From the NCBI RefSeq assembly GCF_001194135.2, contig NC_068986.1, positions 111,982,697 to 112,038,770 of the forward strand: a DNA stretch of 56,074 bases. Direction: 5' to 3'. Of this stretch, positions 36,102-49,188 are shown in pieces. Position 1 is the stretch's first letter. Every line of letters begins with the position of its first letter. This stretch comes from Octopus bimaculoides (Eukaryota). A program made the position numbers and the translations under genes. Under the pieces are notes generated by a model. That model saw nothing but the letters and a program-made list of their open reading frames with translations, was not told the origin of the DNA and made no database searches.

Positions 36102-37638
36102 AGGATCTGCCAACATGCGTGCGATTTAATCCCAGAACATAAAGTTATATAATTATATTATACAGAACTTTTCTCGCGATCAGTTCTCTATCATTTCAGC
36201 TGCAGCAGTTAAAAGAAAGGCAACAACATTCACCAAAACTTAAAGTCTATACATTAAGTGAAATAGGAAGCAATTCGTGTTGAACAAGTTATACAGTAAG
36301 TAGGGGTTTAATTCCGAACTGACTTTCAAAGTGAGATCTGATTTATGATCTGTAGTTCCACGCTTGCTTTCTTAATAAGTATTAGAAAATCATTCGTTTT
36401 CAATACTGAACACAAATAGACCTGATCAACGAACTATGCTTCTGTCACAAAATAACAACACAAATGCCATGAGAATTCATTAGGATCTGATTTAAGTGAC
36501 GTTCATATTGGAGTTTGCTTTTCTTTCCTTTTTTTTTCTGTTTTCCTTTCCGGAAATATCTTCATAGACACATTGAACATTGAAGAAAAGGAAAAGAAGA
36601 TGATTATACGTACAGGAACAAAAACAAAGCTCTATATCTAATTATGCATGAATACATAGAGAGATAATTCAAAGAAAACAATCAATAAAAGAGTTTTCCT
36701 TTCTAGAATTTGTACCGAAATTATTTGATCTGAAATCGATCGTCTGTTTGTAAAAATATTTTCACCAGTATGTAGTTCAATGAAGCATTGTCACATGAGT
36801 ATACATTTAGAAATGAAATAAAAAAAAAGTCAATGCAGTGTTGGATCTAGTGAGGAATCTAAGAAGCTAGTCAATAATTAATTCAATATTTCAGCTGCAT
36901 CATGTTGTATAGTTATAGTCGGGAACGAAGGAAAATATTAAAAAGTAAAACTGAAAAGTAAACAGCATCAAGGACGCCGTGACATACAAGAGAGCGACAC
37001 AGTCAGTCTGAGGATCAGTAGGATTTTTTGACATTTATACCAGCCAATTAATTTGTGACAATCAAGAACCTCTTGATGATTGTCGATTTGTGGTTTTTAG
37101 GTGCTTAATTAAGATAGCTTCTTTGAAAATCCATATATATCACTGTGTTGATATAGTGATACGTAATGTTGGCTAAACAAATGCATCAAGGTTGCTCTAT
37201 TCACCGAATCATAGTTCATTTGTTGTCGCTTTTATTATTGTGATCAATACTAACAACATCTATAATAATTCACTAATGATATTCTCAGGAATAACGACAA
37301 CATTATTTGCACATTTTTATGCATAAACACTGGTGAGAAATATAATTAACCGAAATATGTACTGAACAGTATTATATAAAGTGCAATAAAATATGTTTAT
37401 AACAGAAACCTTATAAGCTGCTACTCCATAAAAATGCACACACATACAAATGCGTATGTACGTATATGTACATATATGCAATATGTATGTATGTATGTAT
37501 GTATGTTTGTAGGTATGTACAAACGTAGTTGTGGAAGGTTTGATTTCGTGTAAGTTATAATCACCAGCCAGCACAACAAATGTACTAGACATACAAACAA
37601 AAGAACGTTGGTGGGTGTCATGCATTTAGTTTAGTAGA

Positions 37639-38022
37639 GTGCTAAAAGATGGCGCGCTTGGAAAACTAACCAGCACTCGCTTATGCATGAAGCGACACAA
37701 ATTCAAAGTTAAATCTAACTTTACCTGTGCCTCAGAAAATCTTATTTATGTAATAAAAAGCTCGGGCTGCCACGAGAACTACATAGGGTCCACAGGATTA
37801 TCGCTCAGACGTAGATGCACTCTGCACCGCCAGCAGATTGCACACCCAGAATACCGAATGATAACTTGTAGTTATCATATTGAGAAATGCGCAAAACAAA
37901 TGCTACCACAATTTATAATCTTTCCTTTTTATCAATGTGCCATTAAAACACCAACACAGATTAGATTAAATAAGGAAACCTTTTTCATTCAAAAATACAA
38001 TCCCAAACTTAACCATTGCTAA
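37639..38022 (+). pseudogene. Penelope-like element GIY-YIG endonuclease C-terminus (5'-truncated)
   Basis: NLIYVIKSSGCHENYIGSTG (GIY-YIG), RCTLH and terminal ETFFIQKYNPKLN; no RT domain upstream. Confidence 0.9.
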
Positions 38023-38192
38023 CACNNNNNNNNNNGGAAAAAAATATAGAACAAAACCATGGTAAATTAATCAAATTCTACCACCTCCTAGATTTCGATT
38101 ATCTCCCCTATACTGGAAGAAATCCCTAATTACCTCCCCCTATCTAGAACTCTTCTTTCTCAGACTGGAGCGAACACGACACAATGAAGTAC

Positions 38193-38229
38193 AGAAATTT
38201 GAAAAAACAACACGAAACCGGTTATTTCT
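38193..38229 (+). ncRNA. Degenerate minimal hammerhead-like motif downstream of the Penelope ORF
   Basis: Helix I AGAAAT/ATTTCT; core TTGAAAA; unpaired aacaacac in place of helix II; GAAA; palindromic helix III ACCGGT; GUU triplet. Confidence 0.45.
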
Positions 38230-38499
38230 CAAAATACAATGTTTATATACCAAAATGATTTTATAACATTTTTCTAACATTTTTCTTACATAATTTAAAT
38301 ATATACTTTAACCAAGTAACACAAGCCTTCTGTAGTTTTTTCACTCGTATTGTCTTTTATATATATATATATATATATAGATATATATACATACTCTTTC
38401 CTGTTCTAATTTTTTTTTTTTTTTTAAAGCTTAGGAAGTCAGTTCTCTGAAACTTATCTGCTCCCGAGTTAAGTGGCGCATAAAGTAACCAATATACTC

Positions 38500-38745
38500 C
38501 GATAGTTTCGTTCTGCAATGCTTCTTGGTACATCATCCCATCGTAGGTTTACAACTGAATGTTGCAGTCGATCACGTGGTATCCCTGCGTCGTTGCCCCT
38601 GAGGGTTCCACGTATGACTTAGTTAGCGGGTCTGTTTGTCGGCACACTTACGACGTATCCCAACCATCTCAGTTGGCACTTGCAGATGTTGATGGACACT
38701 GGGCGTTGGTCTACCATTCTGATCTCCTCGAGTGGATACATTTTT
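38500..38745 (-). mobile_element. RTE-type LINE 3' fragment
   Basis: Minus ORF contains RPVSINICKCQLRWLGYVVSVP, matching the post-RT motif I...QLRW.GHV.RM. Confidence 0.7.
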
Positions 38746-38749
38746 GAGG

Positions 38750-39430
38750 TTTCTCTATGGATTGTTGCTCTATTTGTTATTCTTGTATTTCGGGGTTGCT
38801 CTTTGTTGCATTTTTGTTCTGTAAATTCCTTCTTTGTTCTCATTTTGCTCCTTTTTTTCTACTTACTCCAATTCTGTTCGCAGACCTAAATATTGAATGC
38901 GAAATGTTATGATTTATGGTTACTTCAGCGCTGCTGTATACTTTGCTTTCGCTCACCATTTTATTGCTTTCATCTATGGTTTGCCCCTTTTTACCATTTG
39001 GTGAGAGTTTCCTCGTAACCCAAGCCAAGATCTTCATTCATATACTGAGGGTATTGATTCCAAGAATGAGTATTCAGTTATATTTTGTAGCAAAGAATCC
39101 AAGGACATTCTCTAAGCAACATTTTAATAAGAGTTGCCATTTTTGGTAAGTTTCTTCCCGTAGCTGCTGATTTCTTTCCGCAGTTGCTGCTATTGTCATT
39201 GCAGTAAGCGATGTTGAGAACAAAATCGAAAAGTAGCATTCACTATGGCAGTACAAATATCTGGAGTAATATGTTTTGCATCAAATGTAACAACTGCCTT
39301 CGATATCTACTACTCTTTCCTAAAGGACATGGCACAAGTACATGCAGGAGTTCTAAGAAGATGACCCAAATCAACTCCAGATACATAGGCTTTTGGTTCT
39401 GTTTGTGGTCTAATTTGGATAAATTTTACT
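38750..39430 (-). mobile_element. Possible further decayed LINE-derived sequence
   Basis: Purine/Lys-rich broken frames on minus adjoining the RTE fragment; no diagnostic motif recognised. Confidence 0.25.
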
Positions 39431-39458
39431 ATATATATTAATAGTTATCGCCAAGCTA

Positions 39459-40352
39459 TAAGTTTGTCAAGAAAGTTCTTGCGGAATTTTAAATTTTGGT
39501 TTTCAATGATGTATTTTCAACTTAATTTTCGTTAAATTACTTTGACTTTATATATCGTTTTAAAACCCGTTTTCCGCCCTATCTAATCGTGTTACTCTTT
39601 TTATTTTTGAATAATTAGTTCATTTTTCCCGAATGTTGAATACAACATGGACAGAACGCAAATTCGCACAATTTTCTTATTCCAGTCCAAGCTAAGCCGA
39701 AAGCTGCTGAGACAGTGCACGATATGAACGATGCGTTTGGCCGAGGAACCACTAATGAACGTACAGCACAATGGTGGTTCAAGAAATTTCGTAGCGGTGA
39801 CGAGAGTCTTGAAGATGATAAGCGAAGTGGTCGGCCATCGGATGTCGACAACGATCAACTAAGAGCCTTCTGAATTAGACGTAACATATACGACAATTTC
39901 CACCCACTTGAAAGAGATTTGAAAAACAAAAGTACTTGAGAAATGGGTGCCGCACGAATTGAACGAAAGCAAATAAAAAAAACCCCCAAAAAAACGACGT
40001 TTTGAAGTGTCGTCTTCCCTTATTTTACGCAACAAGAACGACCCGTTTCTTGACCGGATTGTGACTTGCAATGAAAAGTGGATTATTTACGACAACCGGC
40101 GATGCTCAGCTGCTCAGTGGTTGGACGCCGACGAAGCTCCAAGGCACTTCACGAAGCCAAAGTTGCGCTAAAACAAGGTCATGGTGACTGTTTGGTGGTC
40201 TGCCGCCGGTCTCATCCATCTCACCTTTTTAGATCAAGGCAAAACCATTAGGGCGGAGAAATACTGTCATCAAACGGATGAAATGCATAAGAAACTCCGA
40301 CAACAGCAACCAGCATAGGTCAATACAAAAAGGACCATTTCTTCTCCACGAA
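39459..40352 (+). mobile_element. Mariner transposon remnant (Hsmar1-like), 3'-truncated and internally deleted
   Basis: TA then TIR-like taagtttgtcaagaaagttcttgcgg; ATG at 39647; motifs WFKKFRSGDESLEDDKRSGRP, WVPHEL, RIVTCNEKW, VMVTVWWS; breaks off at GPFLLH before DNARPH. Confidence 0.92.
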
Positions 40353-40463
40353 CATTTCTTCTCCGCCTAATTTTTAAAAACAACTTATATATATATACAT
40401 ATACATATATATAAATATATATATACATTTGTACATATACACACATAACACACACACACACGC

Positions 40464-40506
<43 letters not shown>

Positions 40507-40539
40507 CCTCGAACATCACCCATACATCCACTCCATTCC

Positions 40540-40690
40540 AAGACCGGTGTTTGTCATCTACTCTGAAAGTGTGACGAAGTCGACGTCAGTGGACTTTGAA
40601 CTCACATTCACGACGTCGGTAGAATTTTTAATTCAGCATAAAGTCTGTTGAAACGACGGCAGACATTTTGCGCTGGATGATGTCGATTCT
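40540..40690 (-). mobile_element. Highly degenerate SINE family A
   Basis: gaagtcgacgtcagtggactttgaactcac resembles the reverse complement of gagttcaaattccgccgaggtcgacttt. Confidence 0.4.
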
Positions 40691-41069
40691 CTCAACTCAG
40701 CCTCTTATATTAAATGTATAAATAAATGCACAAATATGGTTGATTGAGAAACGCTATTGAGCAAAAAAGTCGGAAGACGTCTCCGTCGTTTTCAAACTAA
40801 AGACTTTATTCAACCTAATATTTACATGATATTATTCATAGTTTAATGTTTATGTTTCCAGAAAGCAGTTATTTCATATTTCCTCGAATGTTTAAAAAAT
40901 TCTATCGATGACAAAAGGATGTACGCGCAAACACACAAAGACACACAAACACACACACGCAAATATAGGCATCAACAATATACACATACATATGCGTAAG
41001 TATATGTATATATATGTATATATGTATGTATATATATGTATATGTATATATGTATGTATATATACATAC

Positions 41070-41124
<55 letters not shown>

Positions 41125-41504
41125 NNNNNNNNNNNNNNNNNNNNNNNNNNNNNNNNNNNNNNNNNNNNNNNNNNNNNNNNNNNNNNNNNNNNNNNNNNNN
41201 NNNNNNNNNNNNNNNNNNNNNNNNNNNNNNNNNNNNNNNNNNNNNNNNNNNNNNNNNNNNNNNNNNNNNNNNNNNNNNNNNNNNNNNNNNNNNNNNNNNN
41301 NNNNNNNNNNNNNNNNNNNNNNNNNNNNNNNNNNNNNNNNNNNNNNNNNNNTTATAGAGGATATACTTTCGTTATTTTTATCCACACTACAAATGTCTCA
41401 TGTTCCTGACTCGAATTTCAATAGAAGGTTATATATAAATATACAAATATATGTGAGCGCGTATTTCAATAGGTATATAGACAGACCTACAGACGGATGG
41501 ATGG

Positions 41505-41525
41505 ATGGATGGATATATAGATAGG

Positions 41526-41556
<31 letters not shown>

Positions 41557-41635
41557 GTAGATAGAAAGATAAATAGGTAGACAGACAGCCAGACAGACAA
41601 ACAGACAGATAGATAGATACATAGATAGATAGATA

Positions 41636-41686
<51 letters not shown>

Positions 41687-41690
41687 TGTA
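41505..41690. repeat. (GATG)n/(GATA)n/(GACA)n tetranucleotide repeat
   Basis: Directly visible. Confidence 0.9.
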
Positions 41691-42894
41691 TGTATGCACG
41701 TTACACTTATATTTCTTTATTATGTATGAATATACTTAGATACTTTCTTATATTCATACATATATGTGTATGTTTACTTGTATATCTCTATGTGCGTATT
41801 TGTCTGTCTGTAGTTCTATATATATAAACCTGTGTTATGCGCCTACTTGTTTTTGTAATTTTGTTTTTGTACCTCTGTGTGTATGATAAATACATTTTGT
41901 ATTTTGCAGATATAGTAATGTGTTTTTCTGCACGTATTATGTTACAGAGAATGTATTCGATTCCAACAATCTGATCAGAACGCAGATTCGTACGCGTAGA
42001 CATCTTAGAGATGCAGAGGTGAAACAGGATATTCGTTAATAGGTATTCTGAGAATGCTTTCAAGTTGTCATTGTTGAGTAAATGGCACTGACGTACTTGC
42101 AAATGTAGCGTCGTAAATTATATGAAACTCACTCGATAACTTTCATATCCATCTACCCTACATGATTCAAATAACATCACGATAATTTTATTTCGTAACA
42201 TCTCACCAAAATCCGGCTTGCGTCCATGATTAATTTTTATATTGGAAGCTGCTAATATTTATTAAATATACTTCATGTTTATTATCGTGTATGTATTTCA
42301 AAGCCTGATTAAATACTTGCTTCTCTCCGGGATACGTAATAAACTATCGCTATTCCGTGTTGAAGAACTAATCGGAAAATTGTGTAAGTGCTTAATAAAG
42401 CAGGTAGGGTGTCTCATTCGCTCTTTCAGATCTGCAACTATGTTAGGTTTGTTAGTATAAAACCGAGTCTACCTGCTGCGTCAAACAAGCCACTTACTAG
42501 TGTATTCACTACAGGTTAAATGTAACTACTAAAAGCTACACATTACGTTACATTTAAGTCGATTGGTCTTTCTGAAATTGCTTTTCACGGATGTGTATTC
42601 ATATAATTAGACGACATAACAGCAAATGAGCAGTGAAGGAAATATTTAAATGGTTCAATGATGTCATTGTCTGGGAGAAAAATTCGATAGGTCAACCCAG
42701 CTACAGTATGGAAGGGAGCCATTGAATATGTAGGCCAGAAGTAAAAATTATTCCAGAGACATCCGCATTCTCAAAGTATGAGCAAAATATAAGACGTAAT
42801 TTATATCGTCAGATAAATTCGCTCGTAATTTTATCCTATTTTAATCAACTATTTTCACAAATCAGTCTATAATATATTCTCGTTAATTATTCAC

Positions 42895-43200
42895 GACTTC
42901 TTGCCAACTATTCACTCGCTTATTAGTGCCACGATATTAGAAATCACCAGGTGTTGACTCGAAGGATTCATGAAGCCGTTTTTTTTAACTCTACCTCTTT
43001 TGTTGATCGAAACGCCTCGTAGTCTGTTGGAGATCGACCCGAAAAGGTAATAATCTGAATGTTCTATAACAAGAAAATACGTTGGGTTTGGTAGGACTTG
43101 ACAACCGAGGCCTTGAAAAGCATTTGAGGTTAAATTAATGACGTCGAGGCAGTGTTGTGTGAAAGATGTTGACTTTCCATTGTCATATCTCTGAAAAGAA
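42895..43200 (-). mobile_element. Mariner transposase C-terminal remnant
   Basis: GLGCQVLPNPTYFLVIEHSDYYLFGSISNRLRGVS corresponds to LGWEVLPHPPYSPDLAPSDYHLFRSL. Confidence 0.75.
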
Positions 43201-44835
43201 GTCAAATTTATTCAAATTACAAAAACGATGAACAAAAGTTGTTGAGGAAGAATAGAGCTATTAAACGCCATAGAACAATACAGCAAACCTATTTTGTGTT
43301 AACTCAAATAGCATTGGAAAGAAACGAACGAATTTCGCAGAAAACCCAATAGAATCAAAACAAAGAAAATCTGTACAAACATTTTAACACACACGACTAC
43401 AAATGCTTCCTTTTTTATGAGTATTATAACTTTACGTGCTGTCTTATCAAATAAAATATATTTAAAATTCTAAAACAATGGTAAATAATACAAGGTGGGA
43501 CAGTATCGGCTCAATCCACTGCAGGTTGTGAGATGTGCCACCGTCCATACAAAGATCGGGGAGAACCGAAAGTAACATGTTATGTGAAATCAGAAATTAA
43601 ACTATCGCCACCAAATATTTATACACATTCACTAATGCAGTATATAGATGTTTTATTTGGAGTCACAGAGGGGTAAATGGCAGAAATAACGCAAATCAAG
43701 TTTACAGCAACAAAACCTGTAATGATAATGAAAATAAAAAGAACAAAGTCAACAACAATGATAGTTCTTTCTAATTTTCGCACAAAACCAGATATTTTAT
43801 GGGGATTGAGCAAGTTCTTAATACTTGAATTGAAACTTATTTTATCGATCGCGAAATCATGAAAGACTGACTATCTTGAACTCGGTAGAAACTGAACTCA
43901 GAAAAGGAAAACGGTCCCACGATATGCTAAGCATTCTCTGAGATGCGCTAAAGAAACCAGCAGCTCAGGGGCAGCAATTTTGTGGACAAGCTTAATCGAA
44001 ACCATTGATCTCACTTTTAGACAAGTACATTATTTTCTCGATCCCAATTCTAGACTGATTCATCGATTCTATTGGGACCAAAATGGAAGTTGTCCTCGAC
44101 ATGCCTACATTTCAGAATTTGTAACAAGGCGATGTAATCGACTCTCCATACACCAAATCCACATTGCTCGACTTTTGCTTAAATCAGGAACCGTTATTAT
44201 TTTTAATCAACTTTGACTTTGATACTTTTGAAGTCGATAAATTATGAAAAATCAAGTACTGGCATAATGTCTGGTGACTAATCATTCTCATAAAAACAGC
44301 GGTCTAGTGTCTAAATTCTAAACAATTATCATTATTATTATTATCATTATTATCATTAATATTCAATAGTCTTCTTTTCATCACGTGCTTTCGTTGCACT
44401 ACCAAGCGCAGCTCTGTCTGCCTTGGATATGTGCTGTGGTTTGATGTGATGCTCTCATTTTTACTGTATTGAACGTGTTTTACATAGGATGTGTACAATG
44501 CCTATTAATGCCATTTTCGGTATGTTATATACTTGAAAGTCCTGGTGTTTTTGTTATGCATTCGTCTGAATGCTTGTTTTATAATCACACCTAATGCTCC
44601 TACTATAATAGGAATTGTTTCTGTTTTTTTAGACACTACAGATCTTGGCATTGTGAAAGTTTCTCCCTTTCCTTTACAGAAATATTGTCATTTGTTGGTA
44701 TAGATACATATCATTGACAACCATATCAGGCTATTCGGCGTTAATTTCTCTATCTGTATGTACTGACATAGCGCACACTATGGTTACTTTCTCATTTTCA
44801 GTGACCTTTTAATCATTTTTTCTGTTGTTCCAGAG

Positions 44836-44851
44836 CGTTGGCATAGCTTCC

Positions 44852-44908
<57 letters not shown>

Positions 44909-44926
44909 GTTGTTGTTGTTGTTGTT
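44836..44926. repeat. (ATT)n-(GTT)n microsatellite
   Basis: Directly visible. Confidence 0.95.
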
Positions 44927-45297
44927 GTCTCTACGTAGCGAAAGTGGGGTATTGTTTTTCAGTTGTGTTTGTTTGTTTGTATGTTTGTTTGTTTGTATGT
45001 TTGTCTGTTTGTTTGTCCGTGACCAAGACATGTCAAGAACCGATGGATGGTTCGGATAAAACTTTCAGAGATGCTTGGCCTCGTGACTGGCACGAACAAA
45101 TTAGATTTTGGGATCGAACCGTTACCGGACAAGGATTCTGGATTATTTTTTTCTTTAGACGGTCGGGTTCATTTTTAGTATTATCGTTTGTAAGAGCAGT
45201 CGAGTTTATTTCAGATATTCTCATTTTAAAAATCATCTCTGGCTAATCGTTGAGAGGACGTTGGTGTTGCCTTGGCAGAGGTTTGCGCTCTCTGAGT
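44927..45297 (+). mobile_element. Non-autonomous DNA element with internal (GTTT)n, HINE/DINE-1-like layout
   Basis: Short 5' segment, (GTTT/GTCT)n tract, then aaccgatggatgg...aaactttcag and 3' end ttggcagaggtttgcgctctctgagt; layout recalled from widespread animal non-autonomous elements. Confidence 0.45.
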
Positions 45298-45858
45298 TAG
45301 TCTATGTCAAATCGCTGTACTTGACTGGTGTTTCCTCCTATCTAGCGTATATGAAGGACTACTGGTATTAAGAACAGCAACAACAGCAATATTATAAAGG
45401 ATAATTTAACAAAACAATGAAATTCTATGAGGTGTTTATCAAGTTAGACGTTGGATAGTCGAGATGTTTCGAGGAGGCTATTATATAAACCAGTTCCTGT
45501 AATTCATGCACAGAAGACGCATGCGAAGCAGGAGAATGCTGACAAGTGCTGAATTAAAAAAAAGATAACTGCACACGTAAAGATGGCCAGCAACTGCATC
45601 ACAGAGCAGCATCATATGCTTTATATAAATCACAAATGTCTACAAGTTGAACAATGGAATGAATAGCAGAAATAAACAAGCCACGACAACACGCAGCAGC
45701 AGACCTTCAAACAGCGTTGATTATGGCCGGATAGATTCAAAAATCTATCTATTGAAGAAAGATATGGTCGCATTGCCAATTAAAGCGTGAAAGCTCAGCC
45801 GAGCTAATCAATGGAAACGTTACTGAACAACGTAGCCAATCTGTCTGTGTACATAAAC

Positions 45859-45930
45859 TACATTTATTTAGATGCAATGTGTAGAAGCCAGGGATGTGCT
45901 AAGCACGTGTACATTGGCATGTATTCATGA
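45859..45930 (+). pseudogene. Possible second decayed GIY-YIG remnant
   Basis: YIYLDAMCRSQGCAKHVYIGMYS* resembles IY..C..C..YIG; short and spacing atypical. Confidence 0.3.
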
Positions 45931-46499
45931 TTACTGGGCCGAACGGCACGAAAATGTAATACTGGCTCTTAGAGAATTGCCTTGTTTTCGTTGAACATCA
46001 TTGTTTGTATAAATTGTTAGGCTTCAATCATGTAATAATAGGGTAGTTAAAGTGTGCATATGTGTTATATATGTATATATATATATGTCTATGCGTGTAT
46101 GATTCTTTCTGTATGTGTGCGTCTATGCTACTTCTGTGTATGAGCATGTGTGTGTGTGTGTGTAAATGTGATAACTACAGCACAAAATAGAAGCATATAT
46201 TACGCACATATACTCACTTCACCACACATACACACCACGGATACATACACAAATTCTGTCACACACTCACACACACCGAATACAGTTATAGAACCAAACA
46301 ATGCGTAGGCACCCTCATATACGTACACAAGCAGAAACACACATGGACTACAAAAACTCAAGATATTATATGTAATAATGAACTTTACAAATACACATTT
46401 TGTGTTGTTGCTTTATTATTTTTTTAAAAATAAATAAGCTATTTGTTGTTATTACCGCAAATGTTCGTTGTCGCTCCTGTAATAATGATGTTAACAACA

Positions 46500-46611
46500 G
46501 CAACAAAATCTACAGTAACAACTGCATCAACAACAACGATGACGACGATGATGAAGGAGAGGAGGTTGATGTTGAAGACGACCACGGCGAAAACAACAAT
46601 AGCAACAACAA

Positions 46612-46673
<62 letters not shown>

Positions 46674-46890
46674 TTACTATAATCATCATCGTCATCATCA
46701 TCATCATCATCATCATCAACATCGTCATCATCATCATCATCATCATCACCATCATCATCATCATCTTCATCATCATCATCATCATCGTCATCATCTTCAT
46801 CATCATCATCATCGTCGTCATCATCATCATCATCATCATCATCGTCATCATCACTATCATCATCATCATCATCACCATCATCATCACCAC

Positions 46891-46921
<31 letters not shown>

Positions 46922-46948
46922 TTCATCAACATCGTCATCATCATCATC

Positions 46949-46980
<32 letters not shown>

Positions 46981-47640
46981 CATCATCATCACCATCATCA
47001 TCATCATCTTCATCATCATCATCATCATCATCAACATCGTCATCATCATCATCATTATCATTATCATCATCATCATCATCACCATCACCATCATCACCAT
47101 CATCATCATCATCTTCATCATCATCATTATTATTATTATTAGTGCTGATGCTGGCCGTTCTTTCGATGGATATAGACATCATCAACATTTACACAAGCAA
47201 CGCGCCACCTCGACAGCTGCCCCATCATCACGTCAGGCGAGGCATCACCGCCACCACCACCAACATCGTTACCGCATTTATCATCACCTTAATCATCATC
47301 ATGGTCATCATCAACGTCGTAATGATCGTCGTCGTTGTCGTCGTCATCATTATCATCATTATCGTCATCTTCATCATTATTGATTTGCTCATCACTCATT
47401 CTGTTTCAGTTATCTACGTTACCATTGACAACGCTACTGCTGCTGCTATTGCATCTATTGCTGCTGCTGCTGCTACTGCTGCTGCTGCTTCTGTATATTA
47501 TTTAAATTTACATAAATGCGATTACAGTACCACTACCTTAGCCACCACCATTAATCTCATCCTCACCACCACCACCACCACCATCAGCAACAAAAACAAC
47601 ACCAACACTAGCACCGCTACTACACCACTACATAATAGTA

Positions 47641-47687
<47 letters not shown>

Positions 47688-47690
47688 AGA
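46500..47690. repeat. Long compound trinucleotide region: (AAC), (ATT), about 450 bp of (CAT), (CAC), (GCT), (GAT)
   Basis: Directly visible; explains the poly-I, poly-D and poly-M ORFs in the track. Confidence 0.95.
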
Positions 47691-47902
47691 AATGCTTAAA
47701 ATGCTACCAAGCCATCGACGGTATTTTGTTGCGTTGTTTTTCCCCCATGGCAGTGGTTTAACTGTCATTAAATTTAATAGAGATGGCGAGTTAAAAAGCA
47801 GAAGAATGATATAAAGTAGATGGGAGAGGAAAAAGAAGAGAATAAAAGACCAACAACGACAACAGCGGAATTAAAAGAAAAAGCAAAGTAAAATATATAT
47901 GG

Positions 47903-47905
<3 letters not shown>

Positions 47906-47978
<73 letters not shown>
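47906..47978. repeat. (GA)n microsatellite
   Basis: Directly visible. Confidence 0.95.
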
Positions 47979-47982
<4 letters not shown>

Positions 47983-48167
47983 TAATTTGCGATATCATTA
48001 AAATAGAAGGGAAATGATGTTGATAATAACAATATGTCGCTAGCACCTTGTTCAATAATTGATCATATCTTCTAAAATTCTGAAATGATTGATTTCAATT
48101 CAATGTAGAAAATGAAGAACTATGTGTTAACAGAGAACAAATGAATAAATGCTTCATTTGTATTTTG

Positions 48168-48235
<68 letters not shown>

Positions 48236-48258
48236 GCTAGCTAGCTAGCTAGCTAGCT
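48168..48258. repeat. (TATC)n switching to (TAGC)n
   Basis: Directly visible. Confidence 0.95.
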
Positions 48259-48897
48259 ATCCTTCTATGTATCTGTGTATCTCTGCATATCACTCTTTCT
48301 GCGGCTCTCGTTCTATCTCTTTATTTATCTATCTATCGCTCTACCTCTGTCTCTCTCTCTCTGCANNNNNNNNNNNNNNNNNNNNNNNNNNNNNNNNNNN
48401 NNNNNNNNNNNNNNNNNNNNNNNNNNNNNNNNNNNNNNNNNNNNNNNNNNNNNNNNNNNNNNNNNNNNNNNNNNNNNNNNNNNNNNNNNNNTATATATAT
48501 AACTATTATTTCCACGCTCCCTCTATATATATACATACACATAACGCAGGTAGCCATGGTAATATCTCAACTATTTCAATTATTACCAGTCAATATATAG
48601 TTAGTACTGTTGTTAGAGAGGCAAGGGACATATTGCCATGGAGTTATTGTATGACGAATCTAGAAGCTGGAAAATATTTTGGTATTATTTATTCGCCATT
48701 ACACATGTTTAATTTGCTATTAGGAATAACAAAGACTTAAATGTTAAATAAACACGTAAGGAACATCGTATTAGAAATGTTACAGATGCAGAAATAAATA
48801 TTATTTAATCATAATTAAGACTATTATTTTATTCTGTGTATGAAGAATTTCTATTAGGAGAATCCTTACAAGTCTATCTAATATCTAAACGCAAACA

Positions 48898-48939
<42 letters not shown>

Positions 48940-49188
48940 TATATGTTTATTTTGAATCCATTAAAATTGCGTGTATATGTATTGATGGGTTCTTATAATG
49001 AGCTAATTGAATGTAATACCATTAGCTAATGCTATCTTGTAGACTAAAGTATGGCTGTGTGGAGGCACAGTCGGGGCAGTGTGGTGAGAAACTTGCATCC
49101 CAAGCTTCCTTAGCACTTACAATTCTGTTGGAGAGGATGTGATAAAAATTTCACCGAGTATGGAACATTGGAGACTCTAGCGATAGAA

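Noticed and set aside
46400-47383. Long ORFs (327 aa poly-Ile, 249 aa poly-Asp, 205 aa poly-Met); the Asp-rich one superficially recalls acidic biomineralisation proteins
   Set aside because: All are readings of one (CAT/ATG)n tract, which is stop-free in most frames by construction; no signal peptide or unique domain.
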